Below, piece after piece: positions 12,478-21,441 of a DNA stretch of 26,233 nucleotides. Under the pieces are notes generated by a model, which was given only the letters and a program-made list of their open reading frames with translations, did no database searches and was not told the DNA's origin. The stretch comes from Spirochaetota bacterium (lineage in GTDB: Bacteria > Spirochaetota > UBA4802 > JAFGDQ01): positions 1 through 26,233 of the forward strand of contig JAZDKB010000037.1 of assembly GCA_043803405.1 (NCBI GenBank), written 5' to 3'. Both the position numbers and the translations under genes were made by a program. Each line of letters opens with the position of its first letter. Position 1 is the stretch's first letter.

Positions 12478-14694
12478 CTATTGACCATCCCATCCAGCCA
12501 TGCGGGCCAGCAACCACCACATTGCCTTGGCCAGGCGGAGTGTCCCGACCTCACCGATATGGTCGCTGTCGGCTCCTTCAGCGATTATGTTCCAATTTTC
12601 ATCATAATCCATCTTGTTGTCAGGATGGATCTGTTGATATGTATGGCCGCTCCATGTACTTATATTCTGCTCATTTGAATTATTCCAGCAAAGTATATCA
12701 GCATAGTCAAAAAGTATACCATCATTACTTTTTATATAATTTCGTATGTAATCATGTTTTATCTCTCTTTGAACTCCGGTTTCTGTTCCAGCATTTTCAT
12801 CAACAGGGCCGGTTGTAAATATCGCTTTGCATATATATCCGTTCTGTTGACAGTAAGAATTATAATCATCAATAGTCGTTAAATATGTATCCATGCAAAT
12901 GCTATTGCCTGTAATCGCCTGATCTCCGCTGTCAAGTCCCCATGGCAAGTTACCCTGGGGACCTCCGATACTATTTCCTGCCCAGCCAATATTATACACC
13001 GGATCTTTTACTGTTGTCGGGTCGTATGAACCGGTAAAATCATAACACCATCCAAAACCAAGAACATTAATGGGATTGGAAATATCATTCTGTTGTTTTA
13101 TTATATTCTTTATATTCTGTATTGCTGCAGCGTTTGTAAAAAAGTCTTCTTCTCCCACTGAGTCATGACGGCCGAGTCGAAGCATAGAACTTGTTGTTCC
13201 AGGAAAAACTGAATCAAAGGTCTGAACAGAATATTTTAAATTCTGGGTTTCCAGCAGATTCATCCCTATCCCATAACCGCGGCTGTGTGATTCGCCGGCT
13301 ATATCAACAAGCCATGTTTTAACTATTGCAATATATTGATCTGGTATATTTACATATTTATCAACACATGTGTGATCTGCTATGATCTGCCCTCCGACGG
13401 GAGCTGCCAATGTCGTTGCATTCGCGACATTCGTGTATCCCGAATTTCCCGCTGAATTATACGCGTATACTCTATAATAATATCTGGTCGATGGGCTTAA
13501 TCCCGTGTTGCTGTATGTTGCCGTATTCGCGCTTACTGTTGCTATTTGACTGTATGCTCCCGCGCTTCCGCCGCTGTCCGGAGCTCTTACTATTCTGAAT
13601 CCGGTCTCGTTATCTGAATTATCACTCCATGACAAGTTTATCCCGCTGGATGATACGACAGATAATAACAAACTGTCTGGAGCATTTGGAATTGTTATTG
13701 GAACAGGATCCGTCGTTGCACTCACTACGCTCGAATAAGAAGAATTGCCTGCTGAATTATATGCATATACTCTGTAATAATATCTGGTCGATGGGCTTAA
13801 TCCTGTGTTGCTGTATGTTGCCGTATTCGCGCTTACTGTTGCTATTTGACTGAACGTTCCCGCGCTTCCGCCGCTATCCGGAGCTCTTTCTATTCTGAAC
13901 CCGGTCTCATTATCCGAATTATCAGTCCATGACAGATTTATCTGGCTGTACGATATAACAGATAACAATAAATTATTAGGGTTGCTCGGAATAGTTACTG
14001 GAGCAGGATTAGTGGTTGCATCCGCAATATCCGAATACGGAGAATCTCCGACCGAGTTATAAGCAAATATTCTATAATAATATTTCGTCTCAGCAGTCAA
14101 ACCTGAGTCGCTGTATGTTGTTGTATTCGCACTTAGCGTTGCTATTTGACTGAATGCTCCCGGACTACCGCCGCTATCCAAGGCTCTTTCAACTCTGAAC
14201 CCGGTCTCGTTATCCGAATTATCAGTCCATGACAGATTTATCTGATTTGAGGATACAACTGACAGCAATAAATGATCCGGGCTGTCCGGAACCGTTAAAG
14301 GAACTGGATTAGTGGTTGCATCCGCAATATCCGAATATGGAGAGTCACCTACCGAATTATAAGACTTAACCCTGTAATAATATTTAGTGTCCGCTTCCAG
14401 ATCTGCATCGCTGTATGTATGCGTATTTTTAGAGACTTCTTTAATTTCAACAAAATCTCCCGCATTGCCGGAGTTATCGGGCGCTCTTTCAATCGTAAAA
14501 CCATCTTCATTATCTGAGTTATCAGCCCATGAAAGATTTATTATATTAGATGATACTCCCGATAATGATAAATTATTTGGAGCTTTTGGAGCAGATGTAG
14601 TACCATTCAGAAGATTTTCCATTTTGCATGAAGATAAAATAAGACATTCAACTGATAATAAAATAAAAAGAAATAACAATCTCTTTTCTTTCAT
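12478..14694 (-). CDS. Lipoprotein with four fibronectin type III repeats and a C-terminal SGNH-hydrolase-like domain
   Basis: GGAGG SD; MKEKRLLFLFILLSVECLILSSC lipobox. Four repeats of INLSWxDNSDNExGF...YYYRV. C-terminal domain has IAGESHS (GDS-like) and DSDH (DxxH). Confidence 0.88.
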   Translation of the reverse strand: MKEKRLLFLFILLSVECLILSSCKMENLLNGTTSAPKAPNNLSLSGVSSNIINLSWADNSDNEDGFTIERAPDNSGNAGDFVEIKEVSKNTHTYSDADLEADTKYYYRVKSYNSVGDSPYSDIADATTNPVPLTVPDSPDHLLLSVVSSNQINLSWTDNSDNETGFRVERALDSGGSPGAFSQIATLSANTTTYSDSGLTAETKYYYRIFAYNSVGDSPYSDIADATTNPAPVTIPSNPNNLLLSVISYSQINLSWTDNSDNETGFRIERAPDSGGSAGTFSQIATVSANTATYSNTGLSPSTRYYYRVYAYNSAGNSSYSSVVSATTDPVPITIPNAPDSLLLSVVSSSGINLSWSDNSDNETGFRIVRAPDSGGSAGAYSQIATVSANTATYSNTGLSPSTRYYYRVYAYNSAGNSGYTNVANATTLAAPVGGQIIADHTCVDKYVNIPDQYIAIVKTWLVDIAGESHSRGYGIGMNLLETQNLKYSVQTFDSVFPGTTSSMLRLGRHDSVGEEDFFTNAAAIQNIKNIIKQQNDISNPINVLGFGWCYDFTGSYDPTTVKDPVYNIGWAGNSIGGPQGNLPWGLDSGDQAITGNSICMDTYLTTIDDYNSYCQQNGYICKAIFTTGPVDENAGTETGVQREIKHDYIRNYIKSNDGILFDYADILCWNNSNEQNISTWSGHTYQQIHPDNKMDYDENWNIIAEGADSDHIGEVGTLRLAKAMWWLLARMAGWDGQ
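13410..14590. repeat. Four tandem 300-bp intragenic repeats encoding the FN3 domains
   Basis: Exact 300-nt periodicity visible in the DNA, e.g. 13475-13552 vs 13775-13852 (78 nt, 1 mismatch). Confidence 0.9.
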
Positions 14695-15022
14695 TATTAC
14701 TACCTCCCCTTCTTTAATAAATCACTATCTGTGTTATATTTCGCTACTAAGTGCCTGAAAACTATATTCAAACTTGTCAATTCATGAGAAGCTTTAATAC
14801 TTATAACAATAACAAATTGCAGTTTGGTAATGGTCAATTATCATTTTTAAAAAAAGTTAATCAGAATAAGATATAAAAAAAATATACGATCGGCAAATTT
14901 TTTATGAATATTTTATTAAAAATTATCTTTATAATAATTGCTATAAAAAAATAATCATCACTTCATATAAATATCTCTGGTCAATAACCCGAATAATTGT
15001 AAAAATTCTTAATGTAATTGAA

Positions 15023-15051
15023 TTGACTATAAAGAAATCCGGCATATTAAT
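15023..15051 (+). promoter_or_regulatory. Candidate sigma70 promoter for the glycoside hydrolase-like gene
   Basis: TTGACT-N16-TATTAAT; same pattern as at 1456 and 22850. Confidence 0.3.
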
Positions 15052-15181
15052 AATCCTATCGACATGGTATATTATACCAATCTGAAGCAGTTAGTGCGTA
15101 TTCTACACAAAAACTATTACGATTATTCAGAAATAAGCCGGTTAAGTTAGAATTTCACGGCATATAGAAAGGAAATCCAAT

Positions 15182-16813
15182 ATGATATACCGTATTATTT
15201 TGCTGATACTTTTACCGACATATACGCTTTTTGCCGGACAACTCGGCGTCAACATAAATTTAGCAGAAAGAGGCGGCACTTTTGTAGATATCGTAAAAGA
15301 AAATTATCGCTGGATTAAGGCAGTGACCGGAAGCCAGCTTACTCCGGCAGAGGTTGACAAACATGGCTGGCCTAAGACGGACGCGCAGTTTATTGCTGAT
15401 TACCGGCCGGTGGCAGAGTGGAGCGGCAGTATAGACGATCCATCTGCATACCGTATAGATATAAGCGGTACTTACAAATGTTCATTTATCGGCAATGCCA
15501 GTGTTCGGGGAGTTTCGGGAGGCACTGTACGGAACAAGACCTACGATGCAGTCTCAAACCTCACCACTTTCGATTTTGTTGTTGCCAGCCCATCCGGTTC
15601 AAATTACGGCCTCATTGTAATCGAATTCACAAAAACAAAACGGACAGCCTCCGGTACATCGGGAAGCGGATTCACATCCTTCCGTATGCTTCGCCCCGGG
15701 TATAAATCCTCCTCTACAAAAACGTTTACAGACGAATTCATTACTGCACTTACCGGAATTAAATTCTCTGCCATACGGTTCATGAATTTCACCATTGTAA
15801 ATGGCTGTGATCCCAATTACCCGCAACAGACAAAATGGTCAAAGCGCAAGCAAAAAGATGATGCCTCGCAAAATCGCATCCCACCGATCGGCAAGACTGA
15901 TGGCGCTTCCTGGGACTATGTCATTGAACTTTGTAATATTGTCAGAATAGATCCATGGATAAATATCCCTGTTTCGGCTGATTCCGGATATATCCGCGAA
16001 ACAGCTAAGCTATTCCGGGCGAATCTCAACCGAAACCTGAACATTTATATTGAGAGCAGCAACGAAGTATGGAATACAGCGCCGGGATTTGAGCAGAGCC
16101 ATTATAACAAGGCTCAGGCAAAAACACTTGGCATTGGTGAACACGAAAACCATGCCCGGAGAACAATTGAAATCGCTTCTATTTTCGCACAGGTATTCGG
16201 CAAAAATGCACTTAACAAACGCATACGTATCGTATTGTGCAGCCATAGTCCCATGCTGAAATGGTGGATGATGCCAATGCTTAATTACATCTCTAAAACC
16301 TACGGCAAGCCAAAAGATTTTATTTACGCGATAGCTTGTCAAAGCTATTTCGGTGGTGGAGTAACTGCCGAAGATAGTGTCGATAAAATTTTAGCTAACT
16401 GTAAAACAAACATAACTGATCAAATAGATGAAACCGGAAAAATAAATGAAGCAGGCCGCAAACAGTGGATTAAATTTGCTCATGATATGGGTTTTATCGG
16501 CGGATTCTGCTCTTATGAAGGCGGGCCAGATCATGGCGGCGGCGGTGTTATAAATATAGCCAATCGTATCAAGGCCGAACGGGATCCCGGAATGGCCGGA
16601 ATCTGGACATCTAATTTCGACGATGCCTTCTTTAAAATAGGCGGTAATCTGGTCATGCAGTACACTCTCTGCAGCGCTTATACACGCTACGGGTGCTGGG
16701 GGCTTACGGATGATATTTCCAAGCCGTACAGGAATAGCAAGTACAAAGCGGCGAAATTACTGGCTGAAAAGTGTTCCGCGAAAATCAGCCCCGCTATAAA
16801 AAAATCCAAATGA
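15182..16813 (+). CDS. Secreted glycoside hydrolase-like protein (clan GH-A-type TIM barrel)
   Basis: AAGGA SD; signal peptide ending in LFA. IRFMNF, DPWINIP, YIESSNEVWN (NE acid/base-type motif), SYEGGP (nucleophile-type Glu), YGCWG. Confidence 0.7.
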   Translation: MIYRIILLILLPTYTLFAGQLGVNINLAERGGTFVDIVKENYRWIKAVTGSQLTPAEVDKHGWPKTDAQFIADYRPVAEWSGSIDDPSAYRIDISGTYKCSFIGNASVRGVSGGTVRNKTYDAVSNLTTFDFVVASPSGSNYGLIVIEFTKTKRTASGTSGSGFTSFRMLRPGYKSSSTKTFTDEFITALTGIKFSAIRFMNFTIVNGCDPNYPQQTKWSKRKQKDDASQNRIPPIGKTDGASWDYVIELCNIVRIDPWINIPVSADSGYIRETAKLFRANLNRNLNIYIESSNEVWNTAPGFEQSHYNKAQAKTLGIGEHENHARRTIEIASIFAQVFGKNALNKRIRIVLCSHSPMLKWWMMPMLNYISKTYGKPKDFIYAIACQSYFGGGVTAEDSVDKILANCKTNITDQIDETGKINEAGRKQWIKFAHDMGFIGGFCSYEGGPDHGGGGVINIANRIKAERDPGMAGIWTSNFDDAFFKIGGNLVMQYTLCSAYTRYGCWGLTDDISKPYRNSKYKAAKLLAEKCSAKISPAIKKSK

Positions 16814-16844
16814 ATTTTTCTAAAGACTCAGCACAAATTTGCAA

Positions 16845-17438
16845 TCAGTTAATCTCTTCTGCTTTCCCATTACCGGATTTATTATATATCTCCTTTACCT
16901 TCTTCACTGCCCTGCAGTATGCCGTTTTGGCAGTCACTGCCTTTATGTGCAGAAATTCGCTTATATTCTCATAACTAAAGCCTTCAGCCCTGTACCGGAG
17001 AATACTTCTGTCTCTTTCGCTGACGGATGAAAGGGCATTTTGCAACCTGCTGTCAACCGGAGTAAGCTCCGTTTCTTCCGGATCATTTATATCTTTGTCC
17101 TGTTTCGCGGGATAAATATCAAGATAGCTTTCATCGAGAAACAGCAGCTCAGGTTTATGTGATTGTTTTCTGTAATAATCCCTTAGAAAATTCTTCGTTA
17201 CGGTTAAAACCCATGTAGCGAGAGTTCCCCTGTCGGGATCGAACCTGCCTATTGTTATAATAAGATGAATGAGGGTTTCGTTAAGCAGTTCGTCGGTATC
17301 TTCGCTCTCGGTGCAATAGTTCATGCATTCTTTGTAAATAAGACATGAGAACCTATTGCTGAATTCTGTATAGGCCTGCCTGCTGCCGTCAACTATTCCC
17401 TGTGCGGTTATTCTGTCTTTTTCTTTTGAATTTAACAT
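16845..17438 (-). CDS. ECF-type RNA polymerase sigma-70 factor
   Basis: Region 2: DTDELLNETL, FDPDRGTLATWVLTVTKNFLRDYYRK. Region 4: LSSVSERDRSIL, EGFSYENISEFL. Start at 17438 is favoured over 17459 because of the GAGG SD at 17445-17448. Confidence 0.88.
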   Translation of the reverse strand: MLNSKEKDRITAQGIVDGSRQAYTEFSNRFSCLIYKECMNYCTESEDTDELLNETLIHLIITIGRFDPDRGTLATWVLTVTKNFLRDYYRKQSHKPELLFLDESYLDIYPAKQDKDINDPEETELTPVDSRLQNALSSVSERDRSILRYRAEGFSYENISEFLHIKAVTAKTAYCRAVKKVKEIYNKSGNGKAEEIN

Positions 17439-17622
17439 AAAAAGCCTCACTTTGATCATATATATTATAAAAAATAATTTTCAGATAAACACTTTTAAAA
17501 TGTTTAAAACGAATCCATTGTCCTATTGTAACAGCCTCTTCAACAATTACCCTCCTGCCCTCGCAGAGCTGCCTCCCCCCGGTGTCTGTTACTTTACATG
17601 CATCAACCTGCTTCAAAGGCTG

Positions 17623-17641
17623 CCGGAACAAGTTCCGGGAT
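17623..17641 (-). promoter_or_regulatory. GGAACTT-containing motif upstream of the ECF gene, within palindrome CCGGAAC-AA-GTTCCGG
   Basis: Minus strand reads ATCCCGGAACTTGTT; GGAAC is a common ECF -35 core; near-identical copy at 18054-18069 (+). Confidence 0.35.
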
Positions 17642-18053
17642 AATTAATAAGATAGCATGGCCCCGCACAGCGCTGCTGATATTATAATTTGTAGTAACAA
17701 ATAGATTATTAAAAAGAAAATGAACAGGAGGTTATTTAAATATATGAAAACATTTTAAAAACGGAAACACTTAAATCTAAAAAGACCGATTTTTTTCAAA
17801 AAAATTACAAAAATTTTATAATTATACAAATTTTTATTCCGGGGTAATCATCCGCTTCATAACCGCTTCAAAGTCTAACTCACGGCTTTATAAAAAATTT
17901 TCCTGATCCCGCTTCCGCGCGATAAACATGTAACCTGTTTTCGTATATATAGGCAAAGGGCAATTTTAAATAAGGTTTTTGCTGAATCATTAAACCTGTT
18001 TCTTTCTAAATTACGCGAAGCTGTATTAAGCAAGTAGCGTTTCTGGAAAGAAC

Positions 18054-18069
18054 ATCCCGGGAACTTGTT
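18054..18069 (+). promoter_or_regulatory. GGAACTT-containing motif upstream of the 18134 gene (candidate ECF -35)
   Basis: ATCCCGGGAACTTGTT, about 65 nt before the ATG; no convincing -10 element found. Confidence 0.35.
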
Positions 18070-18133
18070 TGATGAAAAGGCATGAACATAAATTAACACT
18101 TGCTCTTAAAATCAATTATAAAGGAGAAATAAA

Positions 18134-18760
18134 ATGGCAAAAGTTAGATTAAGCACTCTGGTAGCAGATGTAAGAAACAGGCTGGGCAATGTTGTGTTCT
18201 CCAAGTGGAAGGATACAAATTATGTTTGGGAGTATACATCCTATTCAAGAGGCAACAGCGAAAAGCAGGCTGAAGTAAGAAACTGTTTCGCTCTTTTAGT
18301 CTCGGTCTGGAAAAGCATGGGACAGGTAATGCATAGTTCATGGAACGAGTATTCGAAAAACATGAACATGACAGGTTTCAATGCTTTTATAAAAACAAAC
18401 TCAGCGCTTGTTCTTGAGTGCGAGGCAATGGAGCTTTTTAAAAGCTATGGAGAAAATGAGATTGTATCCATTATTGCGGAAGGAAATGCTTCAGCAGGAG
18501 AGATAATTTGTTCTTTCTCAGTGCCTCAAAGCTCTACCGGCAGGTACGTGGTGTTCTTTGTTCAGAAGATCATGGAAGGAAAAGTAACAGATGAGATAAG
18601 AACTCACGAAGCGGGCATTAACCCTGTATCGCCTTTTACAATAAGCGGTCTGGAACCGGGCGGGGAATACTTTGTGTACGCTGTAATTACAGACGGCGAA
18701 TATTCTTCGGCTGTAACAGCTTCGGCTTCCGTTTCAGTACATGCAGTCGCAGGCGCGTAG
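18134..18760 (+). CDS. Hypothetical protein: basic N-terminal domain (DUF6266-like pattern) plus C-terminal FN3/Ig-like domain
   Basis: AAGGAG SD. MAKV...LGNVVFSKWKDTNYV...SEKQAEVRNCF...MTGFNAFIK pattern, then FTISGLEPGGEYFVYAV. No signal peptide. Family assignment is from recall only. Confidence 0.75.
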   Translation: MAKVRLSTLVADVRNRLGNVVFSKWKDTNYVWEYTSYSRGNSEKQAEVRNCFALLVSVWKSMGQVMHSSWNEYSKNMNMTGFNAFIKTNSALVLECEAMELFKSYGENEIVSIIAEGNASAGEIICSFSVPQSSTGRYVVFFVQKIMEGKVTDEIRTHEAGINPVSPFTISGLEPGGEYFVYAVITDGEYSSAVTASASVSVHAVAGA

Positions 18761-18789
18761 CTAAAGTGTTTTTCAAAAAACCGGCTGGG

Positions 18790-18829
18790 AACAACACACC
18801 TTAATAGATTTTAGGTGTGTTGTTTTTTT
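18790..18829 (+). terminator. Rho-independent terminator
   Basis: 12-bp stem AACAACACACCT/AGGTGTGTTGTT followed by a T tract, about 30 nt after the stop of the 18134 gene. Confidence 0.8.
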
Positions 18830-18911
18830 GAAGATAAATATATGACTTCTTAAATAATTAGCAGTAGAGTCTCAAAGAGTAGTATCACTTTTGAGAATTT
18901 AAGAATACATT

Positions 18912-19808
18912 TTAATGTTGTTTTTTTGCATAGGCAACCCGTGGATTCCCGGCAGGATCTTTTTTAAATTCAGGTTTACTAAACACTGAGTTTCTCGAAA
19001 ATAATAATTCAACCTGTCTTTCCTGACCAAGTCCAAATTCAAAAAATAAATAGCCTCCATGCTTGAGATATAACCCGGATTCCTTAATGAGGCGTTGATG
19101 GATCGAAAGGCCAAATGGCCCGCCATCAAACGCTTCACGGGGTTCATGCGTTAGCAAATGAGAATTTTTATCAGACAAAGCTTTCGTTGATATATATGGC
19201 GGGTTCGAAAATACTGCATCAACAGCACCCTCAAGAGATAATCCTGACAGTGGAGAAAACATATCGCCGGTAAAAACCCTGGCTCTATCATGAAGACTGT
19301 GCATTTTAAGATTCTCCCGAGTCAATGCTGCACAGGGTTCAGTAATATCAACCGCATAAATGAATGTATAGGGAAGATGATACAATACAGAGCAGGTCAA
19401 ATTACCACTGCCGCATCCGATTTCAATTATTACTTGAGTACTACTTTGCTGGTTCTGTTTTCCCAATATCTCCACAAGCGATTCGCCAAGTATTTCAGTT
19501 TCAGATCTGGCCACAAGAACTTCAGGTCTATACACAAGCTCCATGTCCATGAAATGCATACGCCTGGTTATATGGGCAAGTGGGGTCCCGTCAGTTCGCT
19601 GGCGTACTAACATATCAAGTTTTACTTTTTCTTCATCGTTCAGATCCGGCAGGGGTGTAAGGATTGCCTGTTCCGCTGAAAATGGTGTTCCCGCGGCGCA
19701 ATGCCATAGGGCATATATCGTAGATTCAGGCGTTTCCCGCGGGAGATCCGGAGAGAATGTGCATTCATTTAATACTATTTGCAGATATTTATCAAATAAT
19801 GTATTCAT
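18912..19808 (-). CDS. HemK/PrmC-like SAM-dependent methyltransferase (divergent paralog)
   Basis: GTPLAHI, RSETEIL (PRPETE-like), EIGCGSG (SAM motif I), SNPPY, HEPREAFDGG, FEFG; atypical N-terminus PDLPRETPESTIYALW. Confidence 0.88.
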   Translation of the reverse strand: MNTLFDKYLQIVLNECTFSPDLPRETPESTIYALWHCAAGTPFSAEQAILTPLPDLNDEEKVKLDMLVRQRTDGTPLAHITRRMHFMDMELVYRPEVLVARSETEILGESLVEILGKQNQQSSTQVIIEIGCGSGNLTCSVLYHLPYTFIYAVDITEPCAALTRENLKMHSLHDRARVFTGDMFSPLSGLSLEGAVDAVFSNPPYISTKALSDKNSHLLTHEPREAFDGGPFGLSIHQRLIKESGLYLKHGGYLFFEFGLGQERQVELLFSRNSVFSKPEFKKDPAGNPRVAYAKKQH

Positions 19809-19830
19809 AACATTATTATTCCTTAATTCA

Positions 19831-21396
19831 TTATTTCAGATTTTTTTTTGTGATTTTTCCGGTCTCTGTCTTGGGAAGAGAGTCCATAATCTCTATGACC
19901 TTGGGCACCATAAAGTTTTCGAGTTTTTGCATGCAATATTTTTGAATAAGCTTGGGAGTCAATGACGAATCATCAATCGATACGAAGGCCTTGATCGCCT
20001 GCCCCATGAGTTCATCTGGTATACCGATAACCGCAGCTTCCCGCACGCCTTTAATGCCAAGCAGGGCATTTTCAACTTCAACTGGACTGACTTTTTCACC
20101 TCGCGATTTAATTATATCATCGCTGCGGCCTTTAAAATACAGGAATCCTTCTTCATCCATCGAAAACCAGTCCTGAGCGCACAATACGCGTTCACCCGGT
20201 AAATTTCCGGGCCTGAGCATTTTTGCACTCAGATCAGGGTCTTTCCAGTACCCAAGCATGACATGAGCGCCCCGGACATGGAGAATGCCGGTTTCACCTG
20301 GAGGCACGGGGTTTCCCTCAGGAGAAAGAAGAAATACTTCAGTACCGGGAATTGCTTTCCCTACTGAGGATGGTTTGGCATCATTAAGTTCAGGCTCAAG
20401 ATAGCATACCCTTTTGCATTCAGTGAGACCATACATCCGATAGATGAGGGCGTTTGGGAATATCTGATGCAAATCAGTATTATAATCAACGGGTAAAGCT
20501 GCGGCAGTATTTGTAACCCGGGTTACATCGGGAAAACATAATGGCTTTCGGCGATGAGTAGATACCAGTGTAGTATAAATGGTTGGAACCCCAGGGAAAA
20601 CAGATACTTTTTGTTCACGCATTCGGTTAAAAATTTGTGCGGGATAAGTAAATGATCGTTCAAGAATGATTGTGGCGCCAATTAGTATGGACATCAATAC
20701 TTGATAAAGTCCATAATCAAATGCCAACGGTAAAACATTTAAAATATGGTGATCGGAGGATAGCCTGAGATACTGCGCTATGCTCTGGGCTGCGAATATC
20801 ATTGACTGGTTAGTTTGCATAACACCTTTCGGATCCCCAGTACTTCCAGATGTGTATATAAGAGCTGCAAGGTCAATTGATATAGATGGGGAAGGCAATG
20901 TCCAGGGTTGAGCTGTTGAGCACACCTTTGGTAAAGACTCTACCGGATAATTGGGAGTATATGGTATTGACTTAAAAAATTTATCTTCATCACCAGTAAA
21001 AAGCAAGGCTGTAAGCTTGGTGAATTGATGCAATATCGGGCCAAAAAATGGAGTAAGATGACTATCGGTTATCAAAATTTTTGCGTCGCTATTGTCCATA
21101 ACGTAGGTAAGTTTATCAGCCTTGGTTTGCGGGTTGATAATAAAAAATACACATCCAATCATAAGTATACCAAAGATAGCCATAACTGTATATGCTGTGT
21201 TGTCCATATACAGCGCGATCCGATCTCCACGTTGTGCCCCGAATTCCTTAAGAACTGTAGCGATTCTACGGGATGTATCAGCAAGTTCGGAATATGTATG
21301 CCCGGTTCCTTCTGCAACAAGAGCTACCTTGGAAGGATTAATTTCTGCTGAGTGGAATAAAGTTTCATGAAGAAGTCGAATCGGAGTGTTTGACAT
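19831..21396 (-). CDS. Stand-alone AMP-dependent ligase (ANL superfamily, acyl/aminoacyl-carrier ligase)
   Basis: IYTSGSTGDPKG, LPLAFDYG, MYGLTE, GRSDDIIKSRGEKVSPVEVE, LPKTETGKI. Confidence 0.92.
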   Translation of the reverse strand: MSNTPIRLLHETLFHSAEINPSKVALVAEGTGHTYSELADTSRRIATVLKEFGAQRGDRIALYMDNTAYTVMAIFGILMIGCVFFIINPQTKADKLTYVMDNSDAKILITDSHLTPFFGPILHQFTKLTALLFTGDEDKFFKSIPYTPNYPVESLPKVCSTAQPWTLPSPSISIDLAALIYTSGSTGDPKGVMQTNQSMIFAAQSIAQYLRLSSDHHILNVLPLAFDYGLYQVLMSILIGATIILERSFTYPAQIFNRMREQKVSVFPGVPTIYTTLVSTHRRKPLCFPDVTRVTNTAAALPVDYNTDLHQIFPNALIYRMYGLTECKRVCYLEPELNDAKPSSVGKAIPGTEVFLLSPEGNPVPPGETGILHVRGAHVMLGYWKDPDLSAKMLRPGNLPGERVLCAQDWFSMDEEGFLYFKGRSDDIIKSRGEKVSPVEVENALLGIKGVREAAVIGIPDELMGQAIKAFVSIDDSSLTPKLIQKYCMQKLENFMVPKVIEIMDSLPKTETGKITKKNLK

Positions 21397-21441
21397 AGAA
21401 AATCCTTACTGATTATTACTTATTTTTTTTATAAAATCAGT

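Noticed and set aside
13410..14590. CRISPR array or DGR template/variable repeat
   Set aside because: The repeats are in-frame 300-bp FN3 coding units with no spacers and no adenine-specific substitution pattern; no cas or reverse transcriptase gene is present.
17389..18099. Small ORFs 17452-17643, 17389-17631, 17875-18099 and AGGAGG-MKTF* near 17726
   Set aside because: No recognisable domains, weak starts or immediate stops; more simply explained as regulatory DNA.
18912..19808. Gene symbol prmC
   Set aside because: Atypical N-terminus and biosynthetic-operon context; orthology cannot be established from this window.
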